A DNA stretch of 62,007 nucleotides, the filler included, from Candidatus Nezhaarchaeota archaeon WYZ-LMO8 (GTDB lineage: Archaea; Thermoproteota; Methanomethylicia; Nezhaarchaeales; WYZ-LMO8): NCBI GenBank assembly GCA_004347965.1. It is 4 parts of 4 records of this genome, joined end to end, with 100 filler letters (N's around TTAATTAATTAA, not from the genome) between each part and the next. Parts side by side here need not be neighbours in the genome. Positions count along the whole stretch, not along the records: positions 1 to 16,077 come from QNVF01000029.1; 3 more parts are not named here. The stretch is one strand, 5' to 3'. The position numbers were made by a program, and so were the translations under genes. Every line of letters begins with the position of its first letter. The stretch's first letter is position 1. Shown here one piece after another: positions 1 through 10,642 of this stretch. The notes beneath the pieces are model-generated. The model saw nothing but the letters and a program-made list of their open reading frames with translations. It ran no database searches and was not told the DNA's origin.

Positions 1-198
1 GAGGACCTTGCCAACCTAATGAGGAGGGCTGCTAAAGTAAGGCGACACTTAGAAGAGCATCCGAAAGACTACTTCTCATTAAGAGGACTTCAACTCATAG
101 AATCTAAAATTCACAGACTCGTAAAATACTATAAGCGAAAGGGAGTGCTACCTCATGATTGGAAGTACGAGCCGGAGAAGATAAGCGTAATACCTTAA
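1..198 (+). CDS. rps15: 30S ribosomal protein S15 (uS15), 5'-truncated by window edge
   Basis: Frame 1 reads [23 protein letters not shown]...[21 protein letters not shown] to TAA at 196-198; not in ORF track. Confidence 0.95.
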   Translation, partial: EDLANLMRRAAKVRRHLEEHPKDYFSLRGLQLIESKIHRLVKYYKRKGVLPHDWKYEPEKISVIP

Positions 199-211
199 AG
201 CTGAATTAGCT

Positions 212-1657
212 ATGTCTTCAAATGGTAGCTCGCTTAAAGGTTTATCGCATCTTAATGATGTAGCATCTCAGATAGCTGAAAGTATTAATGAGTCATCAGC
301 CAGGCTCTACACTATAGTGACTCACTACGATGTTGATGGCCTAGCTGCAGCATCGATACTAGCTAGAGCCCTCATGAGGATTGAGAGATCTTTTATGGTG
401 AGAGTTGTTGATCAGATCGATAAAGAAACACTAGAAACAATCCCCAAGAGCGATTACTACATATTCGTCGATTTAGGTAGCTCTAACGCAGACCTGATTA
501 TAAAAAAGGGGTTTAAGCCTCTCAGCATAATTGATCATCATGAACCCTTAAGAAGTACAACCATTGCTAATCGAGAACTTCAAGAGCTCAATCCACATAA
601 CTTTGGGATAAATGGTGGGAAAGAAGTTAGTGCATCTGGTCTCGCTTACCTTGTAGCTAAAAAGATGAACTCTGTAGACCACCTAGCAGCGTACTTAGCT
701 ATATCCGGGGCTGTTGGCGATAGACAAGAGGATGCTCAAGGTTTTGTAGGGGTAAACAAGCTGATCGTTCAAGAGGCAATAAACAACGGTTGGGTCAAGA
801 AAACCATAGGGTTAAGACTTTACGGTGTCCCTCGTCAACCCCTCATAAAGTCACTTGCATACACGGTGGATCCCCTACTTCCAGGCTTGACCTATGATGA
901 GGCTGCAAGTCAACGATTCCTTGAAGCTGTAGGTATACCTGCCAAGAAGTCTAATGGCTCTTTTATTACGTACAAAGATCTGAGCACTGATGAAGTATCT
1001 AAGTTGGCTACAGCACTAATAAAGCATCTACTGATTAAGGGCTTCAGCCCTCAAATAGCAAATTCATTATTCGGGTACATCTATGAATTTCTGCGGGAAT
1101 CCGAGGAAACACAGCTAAGATACGCTCACGAGTTCGCACAAGTATTGAATGCATGTGGTAGACTGAGGAGACACGGCATTGGATTAGCTATAGGCTTGGG
1201 TGATAGAGGAAAGCTCTTGAGCTTAGCAGAAGCGCTGTTTCTTGAGTATCGAAGGAGACTTGCTCATTACATATCTTTAATACGCAGCGACTCATCTTAC
1301 ATGCGAGTTCTCAACAACATCCAGGTATTGGACCTGAAGAACGTTGTCGATGAAAGGATGCTTGGATCGCTTTCATCTATAGTCGTTTCCTCTTACATGT
1401 GTGACGTGGCGAAACCACTCATATCGCTGTCCCACTCCGCTCAAGGCAAAATCAAGGTTTCTGCTCGAATGCACGAATCATTATCAAAGCGGGAGGTAAA
1501 CTTAGGTCTCATAATTAAGCTGGCTACCGAGCATGTAGGTGGAAGTGGTGGCGGACATAAAGTTGCTGCTGGAGGAATCATACCCCAAGAAGCACAAGAA
1601 GTGTTCGTCAAGTTAGTAGACTCCTTAGTTGGAAAAGCACTGAAGAAGGGGATCTAG
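212..1657 (+). CDS. RecJ/Cdc45-like DHH phosphoesterase (GAN-like)
   Basis: HYDVDG, DLGS, DHH, GGGH motifs; conserved rps15-DHH-pcc1-rps3ae order. Confidence 0.88.
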   Translation: MSSNGSSLKGLSHLNDVASQIAESINESSARLYTIVTHYDVDGLAAASILARALMRIERSFMVRVVDQIDKETLETIPKSDYYIFVDLGSSNADLIIKKGFKPLSIIDHHEPLRSTTIANRELQELNPHNFGINGGKEVSASGLAYLVAKKMNSVDHLAAYLAISGAVGDRQEDAQGFVGVNKLIVQEAINNGWVKKTIGLRLYGVPRQPLIKSLAYTVDPLLPGLTYDEAASQRFLEAVGIPAKKSNGSFITYKDLSTDEVSKLATALIKHLLIKGFSPQIANSLFGYIYEFLRESEETQLRYAHEFAQVLNACGRLRRHGIGLAIGLGDRGKLLSLAEALFLEYRRRLAHYISLIRSDSSYMRVLNNIQVLDLKNVVDERMLGSLSSIVVSSYMCDVAKPLISLSHSAQGKIKVSARMHESLSKREVNLGLIIKLATEHVGGSGGGHKVAAGGIIPQEAQEVFVKLVDSLVGKALKKGI

Positions 1658-1659
1658 CA

Positions 1660-1911
1660 TTGAAGAAGAACAGAGTAAGCTTATCGCTAGAGGTCCTCAT
1701 ATCATCTCAGGGTATCGCTAATTTCTTAGCTAAATCCTTGAAGCCTGATAATGATATCCTCCCTGAAGGTTTAAGATTAGAGATTGCTGTAGTCACTAGC
1801 GACTCTCTAAAAATATTCATTGAAGCGGAGGATGTTGGGACGGCGATGAACACCATAAACGATGTATTTACATGCCTACAGCCAGCCATCAAACTACTAG
1901 GTAAGGGTTAA
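1660..1911 (+). CDS. KEOPS Pcc1-like protein
   Basis: 83 aa, SLKPDN motif, C-terminal helix; position before rps3ae. Confidence 0.7.
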   Translation: MKKNRVSLSLEVLISSQGIANFLAKSLKPDNDILPEGLRLEIAVVTSDSLKIFIEAEDVGTAMNTINDVFTCLQPAIKLLGKG

Positions 1912-1931
1912 CTGATGGAGTGGCTATGATT

Positions 1932-1945
1932 AAAAAGGTTTAAAT
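1932..1945 (+). promoter_or_regulatory. Probable BRE/TATA promoter of rps3ae
   Basis: AAAAAGG-TTTAAAT upstream of rps3ae. Confidence 0.45.
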
Positions 1946-2008
1946 CGTTGCACCTACGTTTAACGATGTTACACAAGCTTAATTAACACGCAGAGGAGGC
2001 TTCTCTTC

Positions 2009-2635
2009 GTGTCTTCTAAGAAAGCAAAGGTATTGAAAGCACAGCCAAAGATATGGATTACAGTAATTGCTCCGAAGTACTTTGGCTTTACAGAGTTAGG
2101 CAGGACCCCGACTTCCTCGCCAGATAAAGTTGTCAGAAGGACTTTATGGACTACTCTATATAACATTACAAACGACTTCTCTCACCAACACATAAAGATG
2201 TGCTTTCAAATAATCAAGGTTGAGGGGGACAAGGCTTACACGATCTTTAAAGGTCATGAACTAGCCAGAGACTACATACGAAGTCTTGTTAGGAGAGGTT
2301 CTTCACGCATAGATAGCATATTTGATGTCGAGACCAAAGACGGTTATCAATTGAGAGTTTTTATGCTGGCAGTTACGGTTAAGAGAGCTAAGACGTCTCA
2401 GAAGTCTGCGATAAGAGCCATAATGAGACGAGTTGTGGAGGAAAAAGCATCACAATTAAACTTTGAAGCTTTCGTTCAAGAATTAGTCCTCGGTAAGATC
2501 TCATCTGATGTATACAACGAGACAAAGAAAATATATCCATTAAGAAAGGTTGAGGCCATGAAGAGCAAGCTATTACGCGTCCCACTTGAGAGCGAGGAAG
2601 CTAAGGTCCTCCATCAATCACTTCAAGAATCTTAG
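2009..2635 (+). CDS. rps3ae: 30S ribosomal protein S3Ae (eS1)
   Basis: FKGHELARDYIRSLVRRGSSRID, KIYPLRKVE. Confidence 0.95.
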   Translation: MSSKKAKVLKAQPKIWITVIAPKYFGFTELGRTPTSSPDKVVRRTLWTTLYNITNDFSHQHIKMCFQIIKVEGDKAYTIFKGHELARDYIRSLVRRGSSRIDSIFDVETKDGYQLRVFMLAVTVKRAKTSQKSAIRAIMRRVVEEKASQLNFEAFVQELVLGKISSDVYNETKKIYPLRKVEAMKSKLLRVPLESEEAKVLHQSLQES

Positions 2636-2701
2636 AGAGCCAACGTGCTTTCATCGCTCTTCATCACCGCCATACGTTGAGACTTGAGGAGCATTTTGGG
2701 G

Positions 2702-4249
2702 ATGAGCTTAACAAGAAAGGTTAAGTTCCTCGAGTATAACGTCATAGTTAAGAACTGGAAGAAAAGCAAGTTGAAAATAGCTCTTTGTTATCCGAACATT
2801 TACAAGGCAGGTATGACAGGTTTAACTGTTCAGCAACTTTATTACCTGTTTAATTTAGACGATGATGTGCTGTGTGAACGATGTTTTCTTAGCGACCCAC
2901 CAAGAACCATTGAAAGCGGTGCAGATTTGAGGTCCTTCGACGTCCTAGCCTTCACCTTGCAGTATGAAGAGGACTACGTAAATATGGTGAAAATGCTTGT
3001 ATATTCTGGCATAAACCCTCTAGCAGAAAAGCGCAACGAATCAGACCCAATAATAATTGCCGGCGGCCAAGCCATCTCAGCTAATCCTCTACCTCTCTCA
3101 AAGATAGTTGATTGTACTTTCATAGGTGAGCTAGAGCCCTGCCTCAACGCTCTACTAGAAGCATTGAAAGAAGGGAAGAGTAAGAAGAGTAGGATAGATG
3201 AATTAAGTAATTTAAAGCACGTTTATTACTACGGTAAGGAGAAGGCCGAGAGGTGCATAGCGAGAAATCTCGACGAAACCCCTCACATATTAGCTCAGCT
3301 CACTCCAGGCGGCGATGAAGCCCTTATCGATCCAGTATTTACGAACGCGTTTTGCCTAGAGGTCTCCCGCTCGTGCAATAGGAGATGCCGATTCTGCTTA
3401 TTATCCTGGACCAATGGCCCCCTTAGGTTTAGGAGCTTAAGTAAAATTAAGGAGCTGTTGGATGAAGGCCTTTCGAGAAGCAAGGCTAACCGAGTTGTCC
3501 TTATAGGTGCAGGGATTTTCGACGTTCCATGGCTTAAAGATGTATGTGCGGAAATATTGTCTAGAAATCTAAGTCTGTCCATTCCATCACTTAGACCAGA
3601 CGTCATAGATGATGAGCTTCTCGAACTTATCAGGAAAGGCGGTCAGAAAAGCTTAGCTCTTGGAGTAGAGTCTTTCTCTAGATCTGATAGAGCTTTTCTA
3701 GGGAAGGTATACGATGATGAAGTGATAGAAAACGCTGTAAGAATGGCTATCGATAAAGGTTTGACAGAGGTTAAACTATACATAATAACCTGCCTACCTA
3801 AAGAGGATGTAGATGGTAGTGTCAGACTTTTCAAGAGGATCATTGAGATCGCATCTAAAAGCCGGGTGACGTTATATATATCCATAAATCCTCTAATTCC
3901 TAAAGCACACACACCTTTCCAGTGGCTTGCTCTCCCTGAACCTCACATGGTTAAGGATAGCTATAGAAGATACTTGAGGATCTTTCGACATCCTAGAGTA
4001 AAGCTTGTTTTCCTAAATCCCTATAGAGCTGCTCTTCAAGCCATACTGTCTCTCGGAGATGAGAACCTTGGTCCCTACCTGGTGAACCTTGTAAAGCAAG
4101 GAGTGAAGTCATGGACTCTCATGATGAAGACTCTACCCAAAGTATCACTAAAATCAGGATCTCAAGCTCCATGGGACGTCATCGATGTGGGTTGTGACAA
4201 GAAGACGCTTATTAAGAGCTTTGAGGAAGCCTTGAATCTGAAGCGATGA
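2702..4249 (+). CDS. Radical SAM protein with N-terminal B12-binding-like domain
   Basis: EVSRSCNRRCRFC (CX3CX2C); YPN.Y..GM and IPKAHTPFQW family motifs; start ATG 2702 or TTG 2684. Confidence 0.85.
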   Translation: MSLTRKVKFLEYNVIVKNWKKSKLKIALCYPNIYKAGMTGLTVQQLYYLFNLDDDVLCERCFLSDPPRTIESGADLRSFDVLAFTLQYEEDYVNMVKMLVYSGINPLAEKRNESDPIIIAGGQAISANPLPLSKIVDCTFIGELEPCLNALLEALKEGKSKKSRIDELSNLKHVYYYGKEKAERCIARNLDETPHILAQLTPGGDEALIDPVFTNAFCLEVSRSCNRRCRFCLLSWTNGPLRFRSLSKIKELLDEGLSRSKANRVVLIGAGIFDVPWLKDVCAEILSRNLSLSIPSLRPDVIDDELLELIRKGGQKSLALGVESFSRSDRAFLGKVYDDEVIENAVRMAIDKGLTEVKLYIITCLPKEDVDGSVRLFKRIIEIASKSRVTLYISINPLIPKAHTPFQWLALPEPHMVKDSYRRYLRIFRHPRVKLVFLNPYRAALQAILSLGDENLGPYLVNLVKQGVKSWTLMMKTLPKVSLKSGSQAPWDVIDVGCDKKTLIKSFEEALNLKR

Positions 4250-4306
4250 TTAGTTTAACATGACCTCCAGCTCTTTATGTAATTCGATAGAAGGAGTCGT
4301 TTAGTT

Positions 4307-5302
4307 TTAGTCCATCTTCTTAACGGGCTGTCCAAGCCTATTGCTCATCAATGTAAGGAATCCGCTTATAATATCTTCGCAGCCCTTTGGAATGGTAGCG
4401 CAAGCTGCGCCAGCATGACCTCCACCTGAGCCGGACATTAAGGCGCTTAGCTTATCCATTTCTTCTCCTAGATGTACACCAGTTTTCTTAACGAATTCTT
4501 CACTAGCTCTAGCGCAGAGCCTAACTTCGTCATTGAGCTCGTTACAAACAGCAGCCAAATCAGCGCCTAAATCGACTAGAGCTCGTGCCGCCGAGGCTTC
4601 GTAAGAACCCACGTTTGATATCGCAATAATCCATTGACCTAAGGAATAAATTAGAGCTCTCTGCGAAGCTTTTAATCTCGCTATTTTCTCAGAGTAAGTC
4701 ATTGGTATGCTGAGAGTGGCTATAGCTTCAGATAAGGATGCTCCGCAAGATAATAGGTAAGCAACGTTCCTCATGGTTTTACTCGTCCCCATAGACAATC
4801 TCCTAGAGTCTGAAAGTATACCGATCAATAGACACTGTGCCTCTTCCTTGCTAGGTCTCACGTCCATATTAATCATTAGGTCGCACAATACTTCCGCGGT
4901 AGCTACAGCATTCTCATCAAGTATAGCTAAGGCCTTTGAAGGTGTATTAGTTGAGGGTCTATGATGATCTATGATGATCATAGGCTTGTCATAGCTTATA
5001 TTATCCCTCAACGAACCTAAGTGCATTGGATTATTGACATCTACAAGTAAGCATAAATCGTATTCTGGTATGCTATCACCATCCCGAACTTCCGATGCTA
5101 TACCTAAGCTTTCTACAACCTTCCTTGCTTGCGCATTCATCCCTGATGTTACAACACTAACTATGGCTGTTGAATTTATCTTACTAATGAGTTTCTTTAC
5201 TACAAAGCAGCTTAGCACTGCATCAACGTCACTGTTTTGGTGACTAGTTATAACGATCTTACTAGCCTCTTTCACCATTTTCAATAAGAGGACCTCTTTC
5301 AA
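4307..5302 (-). CDS. DHH/DHHA1 phosphoesterase (NrnA-like)
   Basis: HQNSDVDA, IDHH, GGGH; TTG start after GGAGGG. Confidence 0.85.
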   Translation of the reverse strand: MKEVLLLKMVKEASKIVITSHQNSDVDAVLSCFVVKKLISKINSTAIVSVVTSGMNAQARKVVESLGIASEVRDGDSIPEYDLCLLVDVNNPMHLGSLRDNISYDKPMIIIDHHRPSTNTPSKALAILDENAVATAEVLCDLMINMDVRPSKEEAQCLLIGILSDSRRLSMGTSKTMRNVAYLLSCGASLSEAIATLSIPMTYSEKIARLKASQRALIYSLGQWIIAISNVGSYEASAARALVDLGADLAAVCNELNDEVRLCARASEEFVKKTGVHLGEEMDKLSALMSGSGGGHAGAACATIPKGCEDIISGFLTLMSNRLGQPVKKMD

Positions 5303-5549
5303 ATTTCTCCCTCCATACCTCATCGAAGAGTTTGATAGCATATTGTGCAACTTTCCTTACTATTTCGCTAGGATTCTTCAAGCTAGCTTCATGTAGAGAT
5401 ATCTGAACATCAATATTTAAAACCCCCTCTTCAAAGGATATAGAAACGTTTAAGTCTACGATTTCTTCGAGTCTCACTAAACTCATTAAGTACCTCAGTG
5501 TTTCTTCTTGAACTTTCCTAAGAACTTCTTCTAAAAAGTCTTCACTCAT
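5262..5549 (-). CDS. DUF3194-like conserved archaeal protein
   Basis: Small acidic protein directly after prefoldin beta in the superoperon. Confidence 0.6.
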   Translation of the reverse strand: MSEDFLEEVLRKVQEETLRYLMSLVRLEEIVDLNVSISFEEGVLNIDVQISLHEASLKNPSEIVRKVAQYAIKLFDEVWREKFERGPLIENGERG

Positions 5550-5573
5550 CCTTCGCTTCAACTTGTGCTACAT

Positions 5574-5924
5574 TTATTGAATTCCTGCTAAGGTTTGACT
5601 TAAATCTTGTCTTAACTCCTCAAGTCTCTTTCGTGCATGAGCTTCCTGCTTCTCCAAGGTTTTTATATGTAATTCTAAAGTTTCTTTCTTCTCGCTTAGC
5701 TCTCTAATAACGGCATCTTTATTTACACGCATTAAGACTCTTCCAGTAAACTTGAAAACAAGGGACTCTTCACCAACGTTTCTCAGCTCGTCTAGCGCAC
5801 CTTCAACCTCTCTCAGCTCTACTTCAAGCTGCTGTCTTCGTGTAATTAGTGCCCTAATTCTTTCTTGTAATTCCTGAAATTGCATGATCTTATGTTGAAC
5901 TTCAGGTGGAATTTGTGTTTGCAT
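5574..5924 (-). CDS. pfdB: Prefoldin beta subunit
   Basis: IPPEVQ start, coiled coils flanking VFKFTGRVL hairpin. Confidence 0.92.
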   Translation of the reverse strand: MQTQIPPEVQHKIMQFQELQERIRALITRRQQLEVELREVEGALDELRNVGEESLVFKFTGRVLMRVNKDAVIRELSEKKETLELHIKTLEKQEAHARKRLEELRQDLSQTLAGIQ

Positions 5925-6177
5925 ATACCTTGTCACCTTCAATGACCTCTAGTATTGACTTTATCCACCTCAAATATGAGTTTATTACAGCTCTTAACCT
6001 GCTTAGGCTCTTAGCGCTTAGTCTTATTATTAACTTTTCCCCTTCCATAGAAAGCTCGACTGAGAAACCCTTTCCCTTCTCCTCGCTTTCAGGTTTAAGA
6101 GCCAGGAAAAGTATTTTACTTAGACCTTGCCTTTGAGCTTCAACGGTTATTGTAGCGCTATGCTGTTGATAGGACAA
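5902..6177 (-). CDS. pcc1: KEOPS complex subunit Pcc1
   Basis: ALKPE...LRAVINSYLRW. Confidence 0.88.
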   Translation of the reverse strand: MSYQQHSATITVEAQRQGLSKILFLALKPESEEKGKGFSVELSMEGEKLIIRLSAKSLSRLRAVINSYLRWIKSILEVIEGDKVYANTNST

Positions 6178-6721
6178 CTTTCCTCACCCTTATGACTGGA
6201 CCAAATGATAAAGCAGTTTCCCTATCGATAAATGATACTTCAAGACCCTTACTGGTCCAAGAAACCTTCATGGTCCACCTCTCGTTACCCATTGCGTTAA
6301 CCTCTAAATCGAATAATGTAGGGATAAGCATCATAGTCCACTTAATTTCAGAAGGAGCTGTTTCTAATTCGTAGTGAACAGCAAGTCTGGCTTTCGATGG
6401 AGCCCTTGTAGTATGTTTCTGCTCTCTTACAAGTTTCACCCCTGATACCAATAACGAACCTAGTAGAGGTACATTCTTTGAAGTAACATCGTAAAAGTCG
6501 AGCTTACTTGGATTACCTTTCTTAGCTTGTATCACTATTAATCTTGAAGCCTTGAAGCTTAAGGCTAAACCTTTTAGGTCCACTATTCCCTTCTTCCCTC
6601 TCGTTACGTAGCAACAATTAATGAGTGCATGCGCTAAGTCTCGTCCGAAAGTGCGCGTCCTCCTTGAGGGTCTAAGAGAGGTTGAGATGACGTACTTTAT
6701 GTTATGTAAACCATCCATCAT
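6158..6721 (-). CDS. Brix-domain rRNA maturation protein
   Basis: ISTSLRPSRRTRTF..DL, RGKK, GNPSKL. Confidence 0.88.
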   Translation of the reverse strand: MMDGLHNIKYVISTSLRPSRRTRTFGRDLAHALINCCYVTRGKKGIVDLKGLALSFKASRLIVIQAKKGNPSKLDFYDVTSKNVPLLGSLLVSGVKLVREQKHTTRAPSKARLAVHYELETAPSEIKWTMMLIPTLFDLEVNAMGNERWTMKVSWTSKGLEVSFIDRETALSFGPVIRVRKVVLSTA

Positions 6722-6945
6722 AATCCAGTGCTAGGAACATAAGCTCCTCCTGTAAAGATAGCTTTACACTTTCTGCAATACCATATACCCACAGCTTTGC
6801 GTCTCACCTTACCTACTGAGTAGCAGTATGGGCACTTATGGGGGCTTCTCATCATAGCTTCTATTTCCGCTACCTTCTTCCTTATGGTCGCGCCATATCT
6901 TGCTCCAAACCTTCCTGCTATCTTAACTTTCTTGGTCCTAACCAT
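6718..6945 (-). CDS. rpl37ae: 50S ribosomal protein L37Ae (eL43)
   Basis: GRFGARYG, CPYC...GIWYCRKC..FTGGAY. Confidence 0.96.
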   Translation of the reverse strand: MVRTKKVKIAGRFGARYGATIRKKVAEIEAMMRSPHKCPYCYSVGKVRRKAVGIWYCRKCKAIFTGGAYVPSTGL

Positions 6946-7738
6946 AGCCGATGACCTCCTTAACTATTTTAAGCAACTCCCGTGCCTTACGCTGTGCTAC
7001 TCGAAGGCACTTTAAAGTCTCCTCTTCAGTTAAACCTTTTTCTCCTCTTTTTTGGATTGTACACACCTTGTCATCTACGAACGTCGCTGTCAAAAAAACA
7101 TCAGCAACTTCCTCCTCATCTAAACATGGATCAACAAGTAACTTATCACCTATTTTAGCTACAGTAATCGTGATGGGTATGCATTTTATTGGCAATTTTT
7201 GTTTTTCATTTTTATTGACTATCACCTCACCTTTTTCATTTACCATAGCTTTAGGTACCTCAGATGTTAGGAGAGCTGCAACAGCTGCTAGAGCTGAAGT
7301 ATCCATGAGATTGCCATCGTGGTTCAAAGCATGTATATCAACCCACAATTCCCATACAGCTTTGCCGGGGAGTATGCAGAGTTGTCTTAGATCTATCATT
7401 TCAGATCTTCTTAATCCCCTGTCGATGACCCTGGCAAGTTCTATGGCATTCTCATCAGGAGGACCTGGCTCAAATGATGGTGATGCTATTGGAAGGAATT
7501 CTGCGTTGACTATCAGGACTCCCATGTCAGGTGTATCAGCAAAAGGTGTTCCTATACTGGTCTTTACACCAGCTATTGCTAGAGTCTTACCAAGTCTTAC
7601 TTCAGCTGAGCCTTCAGCATTATTTACACTGCGACACTTAATCTCTACGGGTCTTAAATCCTCAAGCCCTCTACCGTCAACTCTTAGCCCAGATGAGAGC
7701 ATATCAAGCATTTGTCGTCTTTTGATCTTTGGTATCAA
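6938..7738 (-). CDS. rrp42: Exosome component Rrp42
   Basis: [31 protein letters not shown]. Confidence 0.95.
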   Translation of the reverse strand: MIPKIKRRQMLDMLSSGLRVDGRGLEDLRPVEIKCRSVNNAEGSAEVRLGKTLAIAGVKTSIGTPFADTPDMGVLIVNAEFLPIASPSFEPGPPDENAIELARVIDRGLRRSEMIDLRQLCILPGKAVWELWVDIHALNHDGNLMDTSALAAVAALLTSEVPKAMVNEKGEVIVNKNEKQKLPIKCIPITITVAKIGDKLLVDPCLDEEEVADVFLTATFVDDKVCTIQKRGEKGLTEEETLKCLRVAQRKARELLKIVKEVIGYG

Positions 7739-8493
7739 GTCTTACCACCTTCAATGATAGCTTTTCGTAGCTCAACATATTTTTCCTTTAAGGCCTTTTT
7801 CTGCTTCTCGTAAATCTCTTTACAAGCTTTGGTTGCCATGGAGATTGCTTTTTCAAGTTCCTCAAGTCTTAAAACGCCATCTAATTGAAGCAGCGTGATC
7901 TCACCTCTATTAGGCATCATGGCAAATGGTAAGTCTACCTCCCCATACTTATCTTCAATATCTGTAACGTCAAGAACTAATACACTATCCACCTTTCCTA
8001 TAGAGCAAGCAGCCACAAGATCCCTCATGGGTATACCAGCTGATGCTAGTGCAACTGATGCTGCTACTATACTTGCACATCGTGTACTACCATCAGCGTT
8101 TATTACTTCTACGAAGACATCGATAGATGAGAATGGAAATTGTTCTACCACTATTGCAGGGGTTAAAGCTTCCCTTATTACTTTTGAGAGCTCTATCTCT
8201 CTTCTTGTTGGTGCTGGTGACTTTCTCTCTTCAACTGAGAATGGAGTCATGTGGTATCTACATCTTACTATTGCTCTATCAGGTAATGCTAAGTGCCTTG
8301 GATGTACTTCACGAGGTCCATAAACAGCAGCATAAATTTTCGTATTACCCTGCTCGACGTAGGCAGAACCGTCAGCATTCTCTAGTATCCCCACCTTTAT
8401 CTTAATATCTCTCATTTCATCTGGTCTCCTACCATCAACTCTTCTTCCATCGGAATCTATTAGTACGATTTTTTTGTTCTTTGTGTTTAACAA
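7735..8493 (-). CDS. rrp41: Exosome exonuclease Rrp41
   Basis: [30 protein letters not shown]. Confidence 0.95.
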   Translation of the reverse strand: MLNTKNKKIVLIDSDGRRVDGRRPDEMRDIKIKVGILENADGSAYVEQGNTKIYAAVYGPREVHPRHLALPDRAIVRCRYHMTPFSVEERKSPAPTRREIELSKVIREALTPAIVVEQFPFSSIDVFVEVINADGSTRCASIVAASVALASAGIPMRDLVAACSIGKVDSVLVLDVTDIEDKYGEVDLPFAMMPNRGEITLLQLDGVLRLEELEKAISMATKACKEIYEKQKKALKEKYVELRKAIIEGGKT

Positions 8494-8496
8494 GTA

Positions 8497-9186
8497 TTAA
8501 CCTCCCTTTTCTAGCTGTAACATAAGCTGAATGCGTTGTGTAAGTCCGCTTATATGAGCTTCTTCATCTATTTTTCGTATGGCTTTTTCTGCTAATGCTT
8601 CTGAGTTCGAATCCTTGCCTTTAATCCATATGAAGCCATTTTGCCCCACAACTATCTTGCATTCAGTCTCCTTCTTTATTAAATTGATCATGGAGCCCTT
8701 TCTACCTATTAGCCTAGGTATCTTAGCTGGATTTACCTTAATGAGTCTCCCCTCAGTTATCTTACCTAAATCCTTTCCTTTGCAAGTTAACATGACATCG
8801 GAATACTTGTCGAACCTCACGACCTTGCAAATAACAGCATCTCCAACATCTAGGTACTTGGCAAGATCTTCTGCTAATACGTTTCTTTGAGGAGGTATTA
8901 TCTCACTAGCTTGCAGTATCGCTTTATAGGATGAGTTTATGTCAAGGATGTAGGTGGTTGGTGAGTAGTCAACAACTATGCCTATAATCACATCTCCAAC
9001 CTTGGGTATGTAGGGTCCTTGTAGTGGTACCACTTTTATGACCTCTTTCTTACACTCCACTATCCCGATAGCCATGGCCATTAACTTATTTCCATCTTTG
9101 TACACGTAGGGACCAGCGATGTACTCTCCTTCTGCTAAGACCTCTCCTGGAACTACTATGTCCCAATCCTTAACGTATATGGGCAT
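8497..9186 (-). CDS. rrp4: Exosome RNA-binding protein Rrp4
   Basis: VVPGE, YIPKVGD (S1), IPRLIGRKGSM (KH). Confidence 0.95.
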   Translation of the reverse strand: MPIYVKDWDIVVPGEVLAEGEYIAGPYVYKDGNKLMAMAIGIVECKKEVIKVVPLQGPYIPKVGDVIIGIVVDYSPTTYILDINSSYKAILQASEIIPPQRNVLAEDLAKYLDVGDAVICKVVRFDKYSDVMLTCKGKDLGKITEGRLIKVNPAKIPRLIGRKGSMINLIKKETECKIVVGQNGFIWIKGKDSNSEALAEKAIRKIDEEAHISGLTQRIQLMLQLEKGG

Positions 9187-9193
9187 AGCTTCT

Positions 9194-9901
9194 TCAGCTC
9201 TTGCTTATCACCTTTACCTCAACACTACCTTGAGTCACCTTGTTAAGTCTATCAATTAATTCTAGTTGAACTCCTGCGGGTACTTCTACTTCACCCTTCC
9301 ACGAACCATCTGTTAACCACTGGCTTCTCAAGACCTCACCATAGCGAGGTAATAGTGAGCAGACCTTACTGGCATGCTGTGGAGAGGTCTTTACTTCTAA
9401 TACAACCTTTGATATTTTTATGGGGATCTTAGCTTTCAGCGCTTTAATGACTTCTAATGCTTGTTCCTCAGCATCTTTAAACGGGTCTATGGATACCTTG
9501 ACTTCATTCAATAAAACTTCTACCCTTGTTGGAGGTATCGGTAGTTCAGTTTTAGAATCAACGCAATTTCTTGATATGAAGGTTATTATCTGCTTTCGCT
9601 TGTTCTCTATAAGCTCCCTTCTCTGCCTGGCTGTTAATTGTATCTCTCCTCGTAAAACTATGACTTTGCCTATCTCATAGGGGTCCAACGTCCTAAAGTT
9701 TTTCTGTAGTGTCTCTCGTGAAGCTCTAAGCCCTTTTCTAGCGTCCTTGTATATAACATCATTTATCATAACTTCCTTCACATCGACTTTTGCTCCTTGC
9801 TTAAGCTGCCAAGCTTTTTCAGGATTTATAAGGATCTCAAATTTTTCGGATCCAACAACAAGCCTTGCTATCGAATGCTCACTTTCACTACTCATAATCA
9901 C
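9194..9901 (-). CDS. Ribosome maturation factor SBDS/Sdo1
   Basis: KFEIL, IYKDARKG, GEIQLT, PIPPTR. Confidence 0.95.
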   Translation of the reverse strand: MIMSSESEHSIARLVVGSEKFEILINPEKAWQLKQGAKVDVKEVMINDVIYKDARKGLRASRETLQKNFRTLDPYEIGKVIVLRGEIQLTARQRRELIENKRKQIITFISRNCVDSKTELPIPPTRVEVLLNEVKVSIDPFKDAEEQALEVIKALKAKIPIKISKVVLEVKTSPQHASKVCSLLPRYGEVLRSQWLTDGSWKGEVEVPAGVQLELIDRLNKVTQGSVEVKVISKS

Positions 9902-10629
9902 TTCATCCGTTCCTTATAACTTTCTATTAATTGCTCGACTTCCTTAACTTTAAGCTTATCAAAGCGTTTTGTTTTAACCTCAGCTATTGCTATCTCAATC
10001 TTCTCTACGCTAAGCCCTCCTTCAATCACAGCTTCCATGCACTTTAAGGCTAACAATACCCCATCATTGACCGTAAGGTTTTGATTGTAGTACTTTTCGA
10101 GTATCTCTGTAGCTGTTTGCGAACCAGCGCCTATAACCACTGCATAGTAGCCTGCATATGCACCGCTGGGCTCAGTCATATACAGCCTTGGCCCTGTATT
10201 GTCAACCCCAGCTATTATGAAAGATACACCAAAGGGCCTCACTCCTGCATGTTGAGTATATAATTGTTTGATATCACTTATTCTACGAGTCAAAACCTCT
10301 ATGTCTATAGGTTCATCGTATACTAATCTATGAATCTGCGCCTCTATTCTAGCTCTATCAATTAAAACCCTTCCATCAGATGCTAGACCAGCATAAGCTA
10401 TTCCTACATGATCGTCAACCTTCCATATCTTCTCCATGGTCTCAGGATCAACGAGGGGGGATATCCTCTTCTTCTCCACAGCAACTACTACACCATCTTT
10501 ACATTTTATGCCTAATGTCGTCCAACCCCTCTTAACAGCTTCAAGCGCATATTCAACTTGGTACAATCTCCCTTCGGGTGAGAAGACGGTTATTGCCCTA
10601 TCATATCCCAAGCCTGGTGGTGTGAACAT
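9898..10629 (-). CDS. psmA: Proteasome alpha subunit
   Basis: GYDRAITVFSPEGRLYQVEYA, RPFGVS. Confidence 0.97.
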   Translation of the reverse strand: MFTPPGLGYDRAITVFSPEGRLYQVEYALEAVKRGWTTLGIKCKDGVVVAVEKKRISPLVDPETMEKIWKVDDHVGIAYAGLASDGRVLIDRARIEAQIHRLVYDEPIDIEVLTRRISDIKQLYTQHAGVRPFGVSFIIAGVDNTGPRLYMTEPSGAYAGYYAVVIGAGSQTATEILEKYYNQNLTVNDGVLLALKCMEAVIEGGLSVEKIEIAIAEVKTKRFDKLKVKEVEQLIESYKERMK

Positions 10630-10642
10630 GTTAATATTCCTC

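Noticed and set aside
6951..7757. 268-aa + strand ORF
   Set aside because: Antisense shadow of rrp42 with no motifs; the same applies to the many short opposite-strand ORFs in the track
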